Shown in pieces: positions 12,179-24,215 of a stretch of DNA of 64,000 nt (positions within the stretch are counted from its first letter, which is position 1; each line of letters starts with the position of its first letter). Both the position numbers and the translations under genes were made by a program. The notes under the pieces were generated by a model. The model had not been told where the DNA came from and ran no database searches. It saw nothing but the letters and a program-made list of their open reading frames with translations. The DNA comes from Antedon mediterranea (lineage: Eukaryota > Animalia > Echinodermata). The DNA lies in NCBI RefSeq assembly GCF_964355755.1, contig NC_092677.1, positions 27,887,175 to 27,951,174 of the forward strand, read 5' to 3'.

Positions 12179-13067
12179 ATGTACTATGTACTGTAGTAAG
12201 TATATTTTAATTTACAATTCTTGCCTCCTTCTGTGAAATAGGAATGTCCACTATACCACCATTATATAATGGCATAATAGGCAAAAACGCAATACAAACT
12301 TTGTGTGCTACAGTATTAAACTTGAAATTTAGATTTACCAGCAGCCTGAGTCATTGCTCGTTTTTTTTTTAGTGAAAATTCATTTTTTTAGTTTAATATT
12401 GTATGTGTACAATATAGTATGTGTAAAGTCTGTACAACAATTAGTAACAGACTTGTGCAGTACTAATATCAAAATGCTTACATTTTTTCATGGTGGGAAA
12501 AATTTACAATTTATTATAATCCTCAGAGACATTTAACCTGTATCCGACGCAAATCATTTCTCACTGAATAAAAAACTCATCTATTTTTCTAACAAAAGTT
12601 CTCATACTAGAATGTTAATACAGATTGAATTGAACCAAATTGGCTTGAAAAAATATGATGGTTTTTTTTTTATGATTTCATCTAATCAGTTGTACTTTGA
12701 TCAAAAATGATAATTTTATAGATGTCATCTTGGTAAAAATTAATATTTGAACACTATAAATTCTTGGATGACGATGATGGACATTCAGATGAATTGATGT
12801 ACAGTAAGCTTGGAAGTGAGTTGACCAATCATGATGCGATAGATCATTCATTCAAACTGTTGCTTGTGATTGGTCAACTCACTTGTGTCGTACTTACATG
12901 TACGTCGATTCGTTAGAAATTGGGACTCAAACATTGTACTCTCTAGTAATTGTCCACAGTTAACATTAACAGAAAAACTCATTATGTCCTCTCTATTGAC
13001 TACTATATGTTTGCCCACCATAGATATCTGGGTAGCAAATACATTTTTTCCAAGAATTTGAGTTTAA

Positions 13068-13662
13068 AGGCCAGGTGCGGGCAAAAAATTTCTATTGATC
13101 ATACATTCCAATAATTATCGATCTATAGTTTCCCCTATGTTTCATAATTTTTTGGGATTTTATTTGTGTTACACGAGCTTGTTGAAAATAAGCACTTTCA
13201 TATCAGTGGGGGGATAGTTCAACTTACACAGTAAAATCTCTATTCTTTTGTACACAAATTTTGTAAATAGAGAGGCATTTTAAAAAGCTATGAAAAATAA
13301 ATGGTGTGGTAAAAAATGTTAGCAGATGACTAAATATAGGTAATATAACTTGAATATTACATTTCTGATATTTTTATTCAACTTCAGATTTTTATTTTCA
13401 TGCTATAGCAAAAATTATCCACCGTATATCCACCATCTTTTTTCACCGTCTAGGGAGTCACCAGACATCTGATTACATTAGGTTAACTACCTAACTACTG
13501 AAAAAAAGTCTTTCTGGTTTTTATGGAAGAATTTTGCCAAATTTTGTTTTTGACCATATTAAGGGAAATTCATGTTTTTTCGTCTGGATTTCTCTTACAA
13601 ATATTTGATTTATGTACAATTAACAAAATATTATATTTAAAATTTATGCCTGTACCTGAGCT
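13068..13662. mobile_element. Second TTAA-flanked Kolobok-like element (degenerate TIRs)
   Basis: TTAA|AGGCCAGGTGCGGGCAAAAAATT ... AATTTATGCCTGTACCTGAGCT|TTAA. Confidence 0.6.
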
Positions 13663-14011
13663 TTAAAAGGCTTTATGGCTAGTCAGATGAAGTTAGGAAT
13701 TTTAAACCAATTGCTGATGGTACACTACTGTAGCAGTTTGATTTAGATTATTGGTAGTTGAAAATTTAAAATCTAGCTAATATTTGTTTGAGGTGTAATT
13801 TTGGAAAAAATAGATACCGGTACCTTTTATTCAAGAAAAGGTGTGGTACTGTAGTTTTGACCCGAAATTCAACTTCTTGTAGAATTAATTTTTCAAAATA
13901 TAATTACTTTCTATTTTTAAGTAAATTATTTGAATCTCTATAAGTTGCACTTTTTTGTTGTTTTATTTGTTGATGTTTAATTTTGGTCGAAACAAATGTT
14001 TGATTGAATAT

Positions 14012-15545
14012 TTATTAGTTATCCGCATTGAGCGGATAACTCCTTGTAACTGTCCTGTTTCATCATCTTTTTTTTTTTTTTCTGTATTCTTCTTTCTTTC
14101 TGTCATTTTTGTGTCTCGCGTAACTCAAAAACGTGTAAACATAACTTTGTCAACTTGTGGGCATTTATGTGAAATTGTGCACCTCCTATTTTGAATGACG
14201 TCAGAGTTGCGCAACATGACTTACGCGCGTTTTTACGAATTTTGCGTATTTAACATAGATCGAAAACCATATAACAATTTAATATGAAACTTGACAAAAG
14301 TTTAAGTTATATCTTGCGCTAACTGACTATGGGGAAAAAATGGCATGTTTCACACGAAGTTACGCGCGCACGCGTTTCATGTAATTTTAAGCATGTAAAA
14401 AATTCCCACACGCGCGCATTTTTTTACGCGCATGGTGCGAACGTAGCGTTGAAAACAATTTTTTTTGTGTAATTTATGTTTTTTCAGCCTTTTCTAGTAA
14501 TTTTACCAACTTTTAAACAATTTCGACTTAAAATTACGTCATACAGGCACGTTGAATTGGATAATTTACGTGCGTTTTTGATGAAAAAGTTTAAAAATTT
14601 GTCAAAATTCGTCAAAATTATGCCTTTTTTTAAACAGTCATAGATTCTAAACAACGAGGTGAACTTTTTTTAAATTTCATATTCTGGAAGTTGATGAGTT
14701 GTAGATATCGGATCATGAATCAATATGGCTAACCGGACATTTTGACGTCATCGTATGGCCACACGAATGAAAAATATAGGATTTTTGTCTCTTTCGTTAT
14801 TGCTCATCATATTCAATGGAGCACATCACGCCTATCTGTATTCCTTTTTCTCCGAGATTTTAATATTGTCTAGACCGTCAATCAACTATCTTTCGCATGA
14901 GTTAAAAATATTTCAATTTTTATGACGTCATCATGCCTAAAAATTATAATTAACAGGGTTATTAATTTCATCTTTACAGTAAATTTTAATCTGTTATAGC
15001 TCGTAAGAATAAAAAGTGATAATTATGATTAAAACGTTTTCTGGAAGCTATTGGACTGTAGATACAAATTAATGTGAGCATTTTGCCAATCAGATGTTGT
15101 GAAGTCATCATATGGCCAGTTGAATAAAAAAAGTCGTATTTTCATATTTTGCCTCATGGTTCATCATATTTAAACGAGCACGTATCCATATTCTACGTAT
15201 TCAAATTTCTTCTACACGTTAATATGTTGTTGGTGAGATAATGTCCTTCCGAAATTGCTATCTTAGTGTTTAATTTTAATACCGTCGCCATGTTAAAAAT
15301 TGGAATAAACGGTGGGTCCCGTAATTTCACCATTCTACACTGTATGTAATATGTATACAGATTATACTGTATATACTATATGACACAAAATAGACAGAAT
15401 TCAGCACTAACAAGATATGATATTCTTCAGTTCAGGTCATAATGCCATAATCTTTTTCTGTGTGCAATATTCCAACGTATGACGTGCACGTGGCGTTTGT
15501 CGTGCGGATAACTAACTCGTCAAAGTGACGAGTTTCATGTCTAGT
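14012..15545 (+). mobile_element. Helentron/DINE-1-like non-autonomous rolling-circle element
   Basis: 5' subTIR TTAGTTATCCGCA (14015) with adjacent inverted copy GCGGATAACT (14032); 3' subTIR TGCGGATAACTAA (15503), hairpin AACTCGTCA-aag-TGACGAGTT (15514-15533), terminal CTAG (15541-15544); internal ~360-bp degenerate duplication (~14680 vs ~15040). Confidence 0.7.
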
Positions 15546-15939
15546 TGAACTTTTATTTTACTAACAACATCTGCCGAGTGGATACAAATAAATCCTACAT
15601 TTTTACAAAATAAAGTCAAAACATTGACAAAAACAAAAGATTATCATCAGACTTGCAAGTATAAACACAAAGTACACTATGATTTAACAAAATCAAAAGA
15701 TCTTTCTTGATAAATCACACAAAACAAATAAGACTTTAAATAGAATATACACAAAATAACTTTACATACCAAAATAGCACAACACCAAAAACATAATAAA
15801 GCTGATTAACCTTTAAAATAGTCTTCAATGGAATAAGCTGATGATAGCCATGTTTATTTTCTTATTATTTGTACTACTGTAGACTAAGCTTTAAGGTTAT
15901 CAATCAGTTACTTACTGTCATCCGACTGAAGATGCTCAA

Positions 15940-16100
15940 AGTACTGTCTACACTATATTAAACTTTATGTGACAAAAAATATGATGTGCCCATATATGGA
16001 CATGATGATGTCAAATCACTAACAAATTTGGGCATATCACTACCATATTTGATCCCATCTTTTTTGTCAAAATAGTTTGACAAGGTGTAGATAAAGCTTT
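15940..16100. mobile_element. MITE family A copy
   Basis: ctgtctacactat...gtgtagataaagcttta with the family core. Confidence 0.7.
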
Positions 16101-17199
16101 AGTCATATTTGACAAAAAGGAACAGGCCTGTGTTTATTTATCTTATTTTTTTACTACACTATTTATATTTTTAAAAAAAGGTCCCTTAACCCTACAGTAG
16201 CCACTGAACTTTATACTAAAAATATACCAGACTAACTGTTTACTACCCTGAGGATAAATTCTTGATAGTTGAAGCTGATAAATATCCTGTTGTGAAAACT
16301 AGCCAGCGTCTTAACATCTTCAGTGCAATACAAAATCAAATTTTAACCAGGTTAAGTCGGTTATAAATTAGATTTGGTATTTTTAGCAAGAGATAATTTG
16401 AGTGCATGCTGTGCATCACTTTAAGGAGAAAGTCCTACTTTTTTGTGGCTAGAATTGCATGTTGAAATACGTACATTACTTTTAGAGCAATTTTTAAAGG
16501 ATGGATTGGATGCCACAGTGATTCTCAGCCATCAGTCAAACGTTAAACCTACTGCAGCAAGTAGTATATTATTAGTAGTTAATAAGTTCTGACTTTATAA
16601 TTAATTATCCAAATAAAAAAAAATTACTATCAGTATCAGTGTGTCCAGGAGGAAAAGTAAAAATTAACTACTTTATAATATTAATTAGGCTTAGTAGTCA
16701 AGGTCACCTAGCTAAAAACTGGTAAATAACAATATGCAATAATGCCAATGCAAGCAAGGAATACTTACAAATCAAAATGTCAAATGTTTGTGTAAAAAAA
16801 TACAGTGTAGTGATTATCATTTGGTTTCGAGGCAGAAAAGGTTAGTTAGCTTAAAAACGGTACTTAATGTCCGCCTACCTGACATGAACTAGCTAGGCTG
16901 CTAACCTAGACAGTACAATACAGGCTAGGAATATACAGACTAGGCCTAGACCTAGGCTACCCTGGACTATCTGTACACGTTGGACAATGATTCACTCTCT
17001 CTCTAGTAGGCCTGCCTACCACCTCAACGCCGCGCAGCCTAGGTTAGGCTAAAGCTGCAATATATTGGATACAGCATTTACGGAGCCTTGTAATTCATAG
17101 TTTTATTACTTACCATTAAGCAAGACGACTGCCTTATTAGATTGTTGGTGTGCCCAAAAACCAATGATACCCAAAACACTACATTAAAAATACTGGAGT

Positions 17200-17300
17200 T
17201 TTTTGTGACAAATCCAGGCATAGAAGTCGGCGGGGCGGGGGGAGAGAGCTGCTGCGCTAAAAACCAAAACAAGACATGACAAAATGCTTGGTGGCGCTGT
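17200..17300 (-). promoter_or_regulatory. Probable promoter of the ZnF gene
   Basis: GC boxes GGCGGGGCGGGG (17229-17240), locally raised GC/CpG, TAGGCCTA/CCTAGG-rich tract just downstream on the minus strand (16890-17050), candidate first donors at 17081 and 16768. Confidence 0.4.
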
Positions 17301-17849
17301 TCTAGTTAAAACACTCGATTCACACTACAGTACTACATAACAGCATGCAAAGTATAACAAATAATTTGTTGCCTTCGTAGGTACGTGTGAAAGCATCTCT
17401 GTTGTACATCGATGTAAAATCCATAAAGAATACATTGAATTAACATTCTGTAACGTTGTTAAACTCCGAATACGGATAATTAATACAAACACTTAATGAG
17501 TGGATATTCGTTGCAAACTTTTCCCTTTATCGTGTCAATAATTCTGATGCATATTAGGCAATATGTTATTTTAGGGCGGGGTCCAGGAAGCACAAAAAGT
17601 AACATTAATGTTTTCCAGTTTTGTAAATGTCAATTACACACATGCTATTATTAGTACATAAGTGATTCCTGAAATAAACCATGATAGTACAGTTTTTTCT
17701 CAACATCTAAGCATGAAAATAATGAAAACCAAATTGCTATCTTTAGCCATCAAGTGTATTTATTTTTCTCATAAGTTACTGAAAGGAATAAATAATAAAG
17801 ATAAACAATATTGTAGAGAGTATATTAAATACAACATGTTGTGTTAAGT

Positions 17850-17953
17850 TCAAACTAGTTTGACAAAAAGTGTGATGTGCCCAAATATGGTAGTGATATG
17901 ACATCATCATGTCCATATGGGCACATCACATTTTTTGTCACATAAAGTTTGAT
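17850..17953. mobile_element. MITE family A copy (truncated)
   Basis: caaactagtttgacaaaaagtgtgatgtgcccaaatatggtagtgatatg...cataaagtttgat. Confidence 0.7.
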
Positions 17954-18378
17954 TAAGCATTACAGTACTGTATATTCAAAAAGACTTAAATATTGGATTC
18001 GACAGATTAAACAAATCCAAACTGTTAATAATTGATGGCTAATTTTATTCAATATATATATATATATTATTATTATATAACTTACATTAAAACTACAACA
18101 GCAATGTATACACATTTTATTTTGTGTGCTTTTAAACTGGGATAAATACATGAGACACTTGATGCAAGGCTGTCACAAAGGTAGTTCTCATAGCAAGTGT
18201 CTCGAGTACCTCAGTTAAACTAGGCCAGCAAAGCCAAGTGACTCAATAACACGCATAAAATAATGCAAAATAAGTCCAAAGTTGATTTAAATTGTTGTCA
18301 TTTTAGTGTTGACTGAAATGTGAGCCTCAATAAAAGACTCTTCAAGTACTATATACAAAGTCATGCGATTCTTACAAC

Positions 18379-18392
18379 GTTTCCATGGTAAC
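18379..18392. promoter_or_regulatory. RFX X-box GTTTCCATGGTAAC in DYNLRB 3' UTR
   Basis: Near-perfect palindromic X-box starting 8 nt past the stop codon. Confidence 0.45.
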
Positions 18393-18399
18393 AATTTCT

Positions 18400-18446
18400 T
18401 TATCCCTCGGTTGGGTTTTGTATGACTATCAAAAAGTATTCTTTAT
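18400..18446 (-). CDS. DYNLRB: DYNLRB exon 4
   Basis: ttacag|AT AAA GAA TAC...GGA TAA ([15 protein letters not shown]). Confidence 0.95.
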
Positions 18447-21400
18447 CTGTAACAAAACATCACAAACAAAAAAACATGTTATTTTATAAATATTTAAAAA
18501 TAATTTAATCTATTCCTTACGTATGTTAACATTTTCTAATTATTTTAATAAAGTGTGATCTCTTTTAAACAAAATGGTAATAAAATATTGAAGATAATAG
18601 TGATTTAGCCCACTTATATTCTCACCTGCAAAATTTAGGCTAAATCTGAAACCAAGAACTTTATTAATTCAATTTGAGTATAATCACTCTTTAATTTCCA
18701 CCAAATTTCATATGTAGGCCCATGGGACTATACTTGGTTTCTTTAAACAAGACGACTTGTCAAAATTTCACTAATGGACATTATGTAATAGTTTAAATTA
18801 TCAGTATTTACCAGGAGTAGCCATAATTTCATGTTTCTTGGTGCGAACCCTTAAAAAGGTCAGATCATTCTGGGGGTCAATCTCTCGGACAGTACTACGT
18901 GTTTTAGCTATAAGTTGGTGCATCAACCCAGTATACTGGACAGTAGTTGAATTATCCATTGTTGATCTGATAGGAATACCTTTGTAAAAAGTAGAAAAGC
19001 AATAATAACAGATTAGAAAAACATCATTGTTGTACTGTAGAGAAAGATAGGATAAAACAGTATACAGTATATTATACTGATTAATTACTAAATGAGTTAC
19101 TGATGGAACTGACTATCTGAACAGTGTGCCTATAGAAAACATTTAAATTGAGAGAATCTACAGTAATCAGATGTCAATATAATTACTGTTCTCATTACTT
19201 TGCAGTTAAATATGGGCATACTTACTGTAAGACAGATGATATAAAAATAAAATATATAAAAATAAATAGTAATTTGAACGCTTTCTTTAAGTTTAGGAAG
19301 CCATTATCTATTAAGTATTATATAACACCTAAATAAATTCCTGTCATTTGATTGATTTATTTATTTATTCAACCATATTTCACGAGGGTGACCCAGCCAG
19401 CGGAAGCTGATTTTAAGGGGCCCTCAACAATACGACATAAAACATAATAAGTAACAAATGTATTACAATAGTTAAAATTGAATAATGAATAAATATAAAG
19501 GTCAAGAAGATAACAATTTAAAAAGAGTCATTATTAAGCATATAAAATTCTTTAATTTACTTTTAAAATTTAAAATGGTATTGCAATTTCTAATAGAAAC
19601 GTCTAAAGAGTTAAAATATGTAGGTCCTTTATAATTAAAAGAATGTTTAAAAAGTTCACACTGAGGTCTTGGAACAACGAGATCACCCCTGGAAAGTTGC
19701 CGGGTAGCCATTCTTCCATTGGCAGTAATTCTGGCAAGCCCACGGCAGATGTTAGTTGGAGCGAGATTGTTAGAGGCTTGATAGGCAAGACAGCCCGTTT
19801 GATAGTCAGCGCGTTGAGAAACGGTAAGAGTAGAAATGGTGTTAAAAAGTTGACGGGAAGGAACTTGGAGAATAGTTCGGAGAGCTCTATTTTGAAGTTT
19901 CTGAATCTGGCCGTGAGCCCCACACCGTGAGGCAGTAATCGATGTGGGGTAAGAATAAAGAGTTGTAAAGAATAAGGGCAGTGGAAAAATTAAGGAAACA
20001 TCTAGTGCGGGAGAAAAGGAAAATAGAAGAGTTAAGTTTATTGCAAAGGTGGGAGATATGGTTGTTCCAGGTGAGGGTGTTGTCGATAAATACTCCAATT
20101 GGATTGGACGAATGTGGGTCAGCGGATGAAAAAAAATCTAGTATACATAACCCTACATTTTAGATACTGTAATATGGCTCTGTACTGTGAAATACAAAAG
20201 CGCCACCTGTCGTCTGGCCTCAGTTTCGTTTGTAAACACCACCGCGAGCAGCAGATTTTTTTGTATGATTTGGACATATATGTACTAATTTCATTCAAAA
20301 AGGCATTTAAATTAGCTTTAGATCGTTTTTAGGATTTGTATTAATTAATGGGGACATCCCTACAAGACGTGGAATTGTTGGAAAAACCATAATTAGCCTA
20401 GATAAGTTCCAATTGTCTGTCGAAGTTTTGCCTTTCAGCCAAGCTAGGCCTAGAGAGGTCTAGCCTAGGCCATGATAGTATTAAGCTAGGCCTAGCCTAC
20501 GCGTTTTAGCCTTGCTTGCTAGGCCTAGGATTATTTGGTCGTTTGTTGACATAATTAACACAAAAGTAGGTGTGTTTATGAAATCCATATAAATATGACA
20601 TTTAATATAAAATTATTAAAAACCAAATGTTACTGTTTTTAATCAATGTGAATGAAATGTATTAAGCCTTGGCTAGGCCCGGGCTACCTTATTTGATTCA
20701 AATGACAGGAATTTATTTAGATGTTATATAAATCAAATAATGAATGTTTTGTATTCGTGTAATGCCTAATGGTACAAATAATGGCATTGGTGAATGATGA
20801 AAGGTTATATTTCAACTCGGCTATCATTCACCTCGTACCATTATTTGTACCATTACACTCATAAACATTCATTATTTGTATATTATGAATGATTGAATGT
20901 CACATATTGTTTTATACTGTACCTTCATTATTGACAACAATTATACCAACCACTCCCTTGTGGGAATGGATTCTCTTCAAAGTTTCTTCAACCTCAGACT
21001 AAATAAAATACAATAAAAAACATTTACGAATTAAAAGACATTTACTATATAATTTCAATAAAAACATTTAACATATAATAAACTAAAACCATCATGCCAT
21101 CTTTAATTTTTAATGTAAATTGTATAATATTAATATTAATTTACTTTTTAGAATACACAATATCAATCAATGTGGGGCAATGATGACGGATATTCAGATA
21201 ATGAAATAAGGTGTAGCCTTAGGCGGCATTTATTAGTTCAAAATAAATTAAAAACATTAAAAAAAAAGGCTAGGCCTATTATGTAGGCAGTCTCTCGTTC
21301 ACCCGGAAGACAGCAGCAGCAGTTTGGCTAGCGACCGCAAAAGTTTTTAAAAAAATAGACAGACAGGCCTAGCGTCAATACATATTTGCATCTAAAATAA

Positions 21401-21518
21401 TTACATCAGTAGAATGAAAATTATATGTTTGCAACTCTAGATTTTAAAATATATATCTGACGTAAAATAGCGTATATTCAATTTAAAATTTAATAAGAAA
21501 AAGCAGAAAATTTACCAT
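18400..21518 (-). CDS. DYNLRB: Dynein light chain roadblock-type, complete, 97 aa
   Basis: Exons 21516-21518 (ATG|gt), 20923-20998, 18812-18979, 18400-18446, all GT-AG and phase-compatible. Translation [97 protein letters not shown] is a typical roadblock/LC7 sequence. Confidence 0.97.
18812..18979 (-). CDS. DYNLRB: DYNLRB exon 3
   Basis: 168 nt, phase 1-1, [16 protein letters not shown]...[12 protein letters not shown]-type core. Confidence 0.95.
19318..20888 (-). mobile_element. Family C hairpin element, longer copy, hosting a LINE insertion
   Basis: Ends match 11858-12178 in reverse orientation: hairpin at 20730-20888, inverted ends at 19318-19352 and 20697-20730; the motif tgacccacattcgtccaatc|aaatgacagg is split by the LINE. 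Confidence 0.6.
19350..20099 (-). mobile_element. 5'-truncated L2/CR1-group LINE (ORF2 C-terminus, frameshifted, plus 3' tail)
   Basis: Minus-strand frames give [17 protein letters not shown]...[18 protein letters not shown], then after a frameshift [11 protein letters not shown]...[13 protein letters not shown]...FKSKLK; 3' stem gaggg...ccctc and (AATA)n tail. Confidence 0.85.
20923..20998 (-). CDS. DYNLRB: DYNLRB exon 2
   Basis: 76 nt, [25 protein letters not shown](G). Confidence 0.95.
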
Positions 21519-21620
21519 GTTTTTTTTCGATCTGGATCGTTGCTACGGACAAAATACTACAAAGCGCATGCGTCAAATAAGAATTAGACAATTTATTTTG
21601 TACTAGCGCCCTCAACATAG
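21519..21620 (-). promoter_or_regulatory. DYNLRB 5' UTR/promoter with X-box-like and NRF1-like motifs
   Basis: TTGTCCGTAGCAAC (21539-21552, minus) and GCGCATGCGT (21564-21573) directly upstream of the ATG exon. Confidence 0.5.
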
Positions 21621-22313
21621 AGTTTTTTTTCGATGTATAAGAACTACTGTATAATAACTGTAATCTCCAGAATTTAGCCTACTGATTTGATTGTATACAA
21701 ATTAATTCTATATGAATGTCAATGAAATGCATTACTATAGGCCTACATCATAAATCAGAGTTTTTAATTTATCAGGCTCCGCTAACATTATCATAGCACC
21801 ATCCGTGTCGTTATTTCCATCTTTTTAATCCATCCATTTTATTAATAATTCATTTTTCATCACCAAGTCATCATCATCAATTAATCAACATTATAGGCGC
21901 GCATGTAGGCCTCAGAAAAGATATTCAGCATTCAATTTGCTTGCATGATTTATTTTATATCTTATCTTATATGATTTTGTTAATAAATTAATTTCAATTT
22001 TGTTTTGTTTTATCTCTTTGTATTATGCTCAATGTTTATGAATGGAAATAAAGAAAGACATTACTAAAATCATGAAAATAGTTCGGTTCATCTTCTATTT
22101 GTCCTCGACCGAATTTTTCAAATGGTTTGATTACTATAAATGACATTTAATTTCATCAGGTTTATGATTAAAAGCAAACATTTGGGAAGGGAATCGAAGA
22201 AGAGAGAGATATATATATATATTCAGACGTAGACCTACGGACAGCAGCAGCATTTCATTCTAAGGTTGAAAAAATGTCTCAGGTTCATTTTATTTCATGC
22301 CTTTTATTTTTAC

Positions 22314-22479
22314 TAAAGCTGGGGTTCTCACTCAATCCCAAGCGATGGATTATTCAAATTTTAGTCGCTTGTCATGGTCAATGTGTCGTTGCGTTGCGTA
22401 CATCGTTATTGCGTTGCTTTGCGTACGTCGTTATTGCGTTGCGTCCTTGCGTTACATCGCTAGTGGGAACCAAGCTTTG
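22314..22479. mobile_element. Palindromic MITE family B (aagcttggttcccactag...ctagtgggaaccaagctt)
   Basis: Fold-back element with gacgcaacgcaag and gaccaatcacaagcga arms; about 16 copies or fragments in the window. Confidence 0.7.
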
Positions 22480-23797
22480 AACATGCATACATAGAACAGT
22501 GTTATTTTTATACTCTTATTTCTAGACTTCTAAAACACAACACAGTGAATGCTGCCTACAGGTACGTACGGAATGATGGATGCAACCGATTACAAAGTTT
22601 ATGTACAATAACACTTTTAAACAAGTGCCGTGTCTGCAAGCTCATTTCAAGAATAATTATAATTCATTTTAACCTCCTTGATTTATATATATATGAATAG
22701 ACATAGACAATGTATTCTTTTTTGCCTTTAACACGACGAATTCGAATACATTTCCCTCGAAATGTATTACAAAAGGAATCATGAAACGTAATTATGTGAA
22801 AATGAGTGGGGAATTGATTTCAAATTAATATCCATTATTCGTTATATAATTTAAATTATAACTAATAACCCGAAAATGTCATTTTGAAATTAATAAGCTA
22901 AATTTAACGTCTCATCAACTGAATCATTAGGTGTGATCTTATTAAGCGCGTGGCCGGCTATGCATACGGCCGCCGTGTGAACCTGAATAAAGTAAAACGT
23001 ATCCTTAAAATTTGCAACCATTAGTGAACCCATACATTATATAATATTTAATTTTCTGAATTATGCGGAAGTTTTACGTCCGTCATAATTTAAGCTCGGA
23101 TGTCAGCGTCGTGATTGGTCAAATTACTTGCATTTCGCGTACGTCCTTATTGCGTCATATACTTTCTATTGAAGATTCACACACACAAGGGATTATTCTA
23201 TAGTAACTATGTTAATTGTATTATTATAAAGCAATAACTATATGGCAATACAATAACTTTTGTTAATAAATATTTTAATAATAGTAAGCAAAATGAACGA
23301 ACGTTCGGCGACACCTTTAACAGCAACAACACTGCAATTCATTGTGACGATGAACGTTCGCGGCGACACCTTTAACAGCAACAACACTAGCAATACATTG
23401 TGGCGATGTTTGTCTGAAACAACTTATAGTAACATGTACTTAAATGACTACAGTTGATGTATCTTTATAATGAGAGAAAGAGGCAAATTAATAGCCTATG
23501 AGGACAGTTGGGTAAAATGTCAGTGCAATAAAGAAAACGTTATTCTCTCTCTTAGCAAAATAGTAGCAACAAATGCAAAAGGGGCAGCACTGACACACAA
23601 GATGTTTTGAATACTGTGCTGTATCGCCACATCTTCACCAGTATCATAGGATAATTCCGTAATACAGAATCACATGTGTATCACATGTGGCGCTGCATTG
23701 TGTCGTTTAAGGTCTAGATTATGGGCTATGATACTCAGTGTAGGCCCACATTATGAAACACATAATGATGCTGTACTATGATATTATAGGGACAATT

Positions 23798-24069
23798 AAG
23801 CTCGGTTCCCCTTAAAACGCAACGCAGGGACGTAAACGCAACTTAAAGCGTGGTTCCCACTAGCGACGCAAGGCAAGGACGTAACGCAACGCAAGTGAAT
23901 TGACCAATCACAAGCGATGGCTTATTCGCTTGTGATTGCTAACTGTCTATAACTTCGCTTGTAATTGGTTAAAACCAATGACCAATGACAAACTGTCGCT
24001 TGTCATTGGTCAACTCGCTTGCGTTGCGTTACGTCCCTGCGTTTTGTCTCCAGTGGAAACCAAGCTTTA
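23798..24069. mobile_element. MITE family B, compound copy (duplicated left arm)
   Basis: Two left termini (23798, 23846) and one right terminus (24069). Confidence 0.7.
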
Positions 24070-24209
24070 GATACACTTGACCAAGTGTGTGTTATGGAGG
24101 TAAAATAGGCCTACTAATTCATTTTGACCTTCCTTTTCGACATAACGAATAAAAATTACTTTTTTACATTAAAACAACGTGTACACTTACAACAAGAGCT
24201 TGAAAACCA

Positions 24210-24215
24210 TTTATT
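24210..24215 (-). terminator. Candidate polyadenylation signal of the peptide precursor gene
   Basis: AATAAA on the minus strand ~830 nt after the stop; another at ~24365. Confidence 0.35.

Noticed and set aside
19502-20098. 198-aa ORF as a host gene
   Set aside because: Chimeric reading of a frameshifted, 5'-truncated LINE ORF2.
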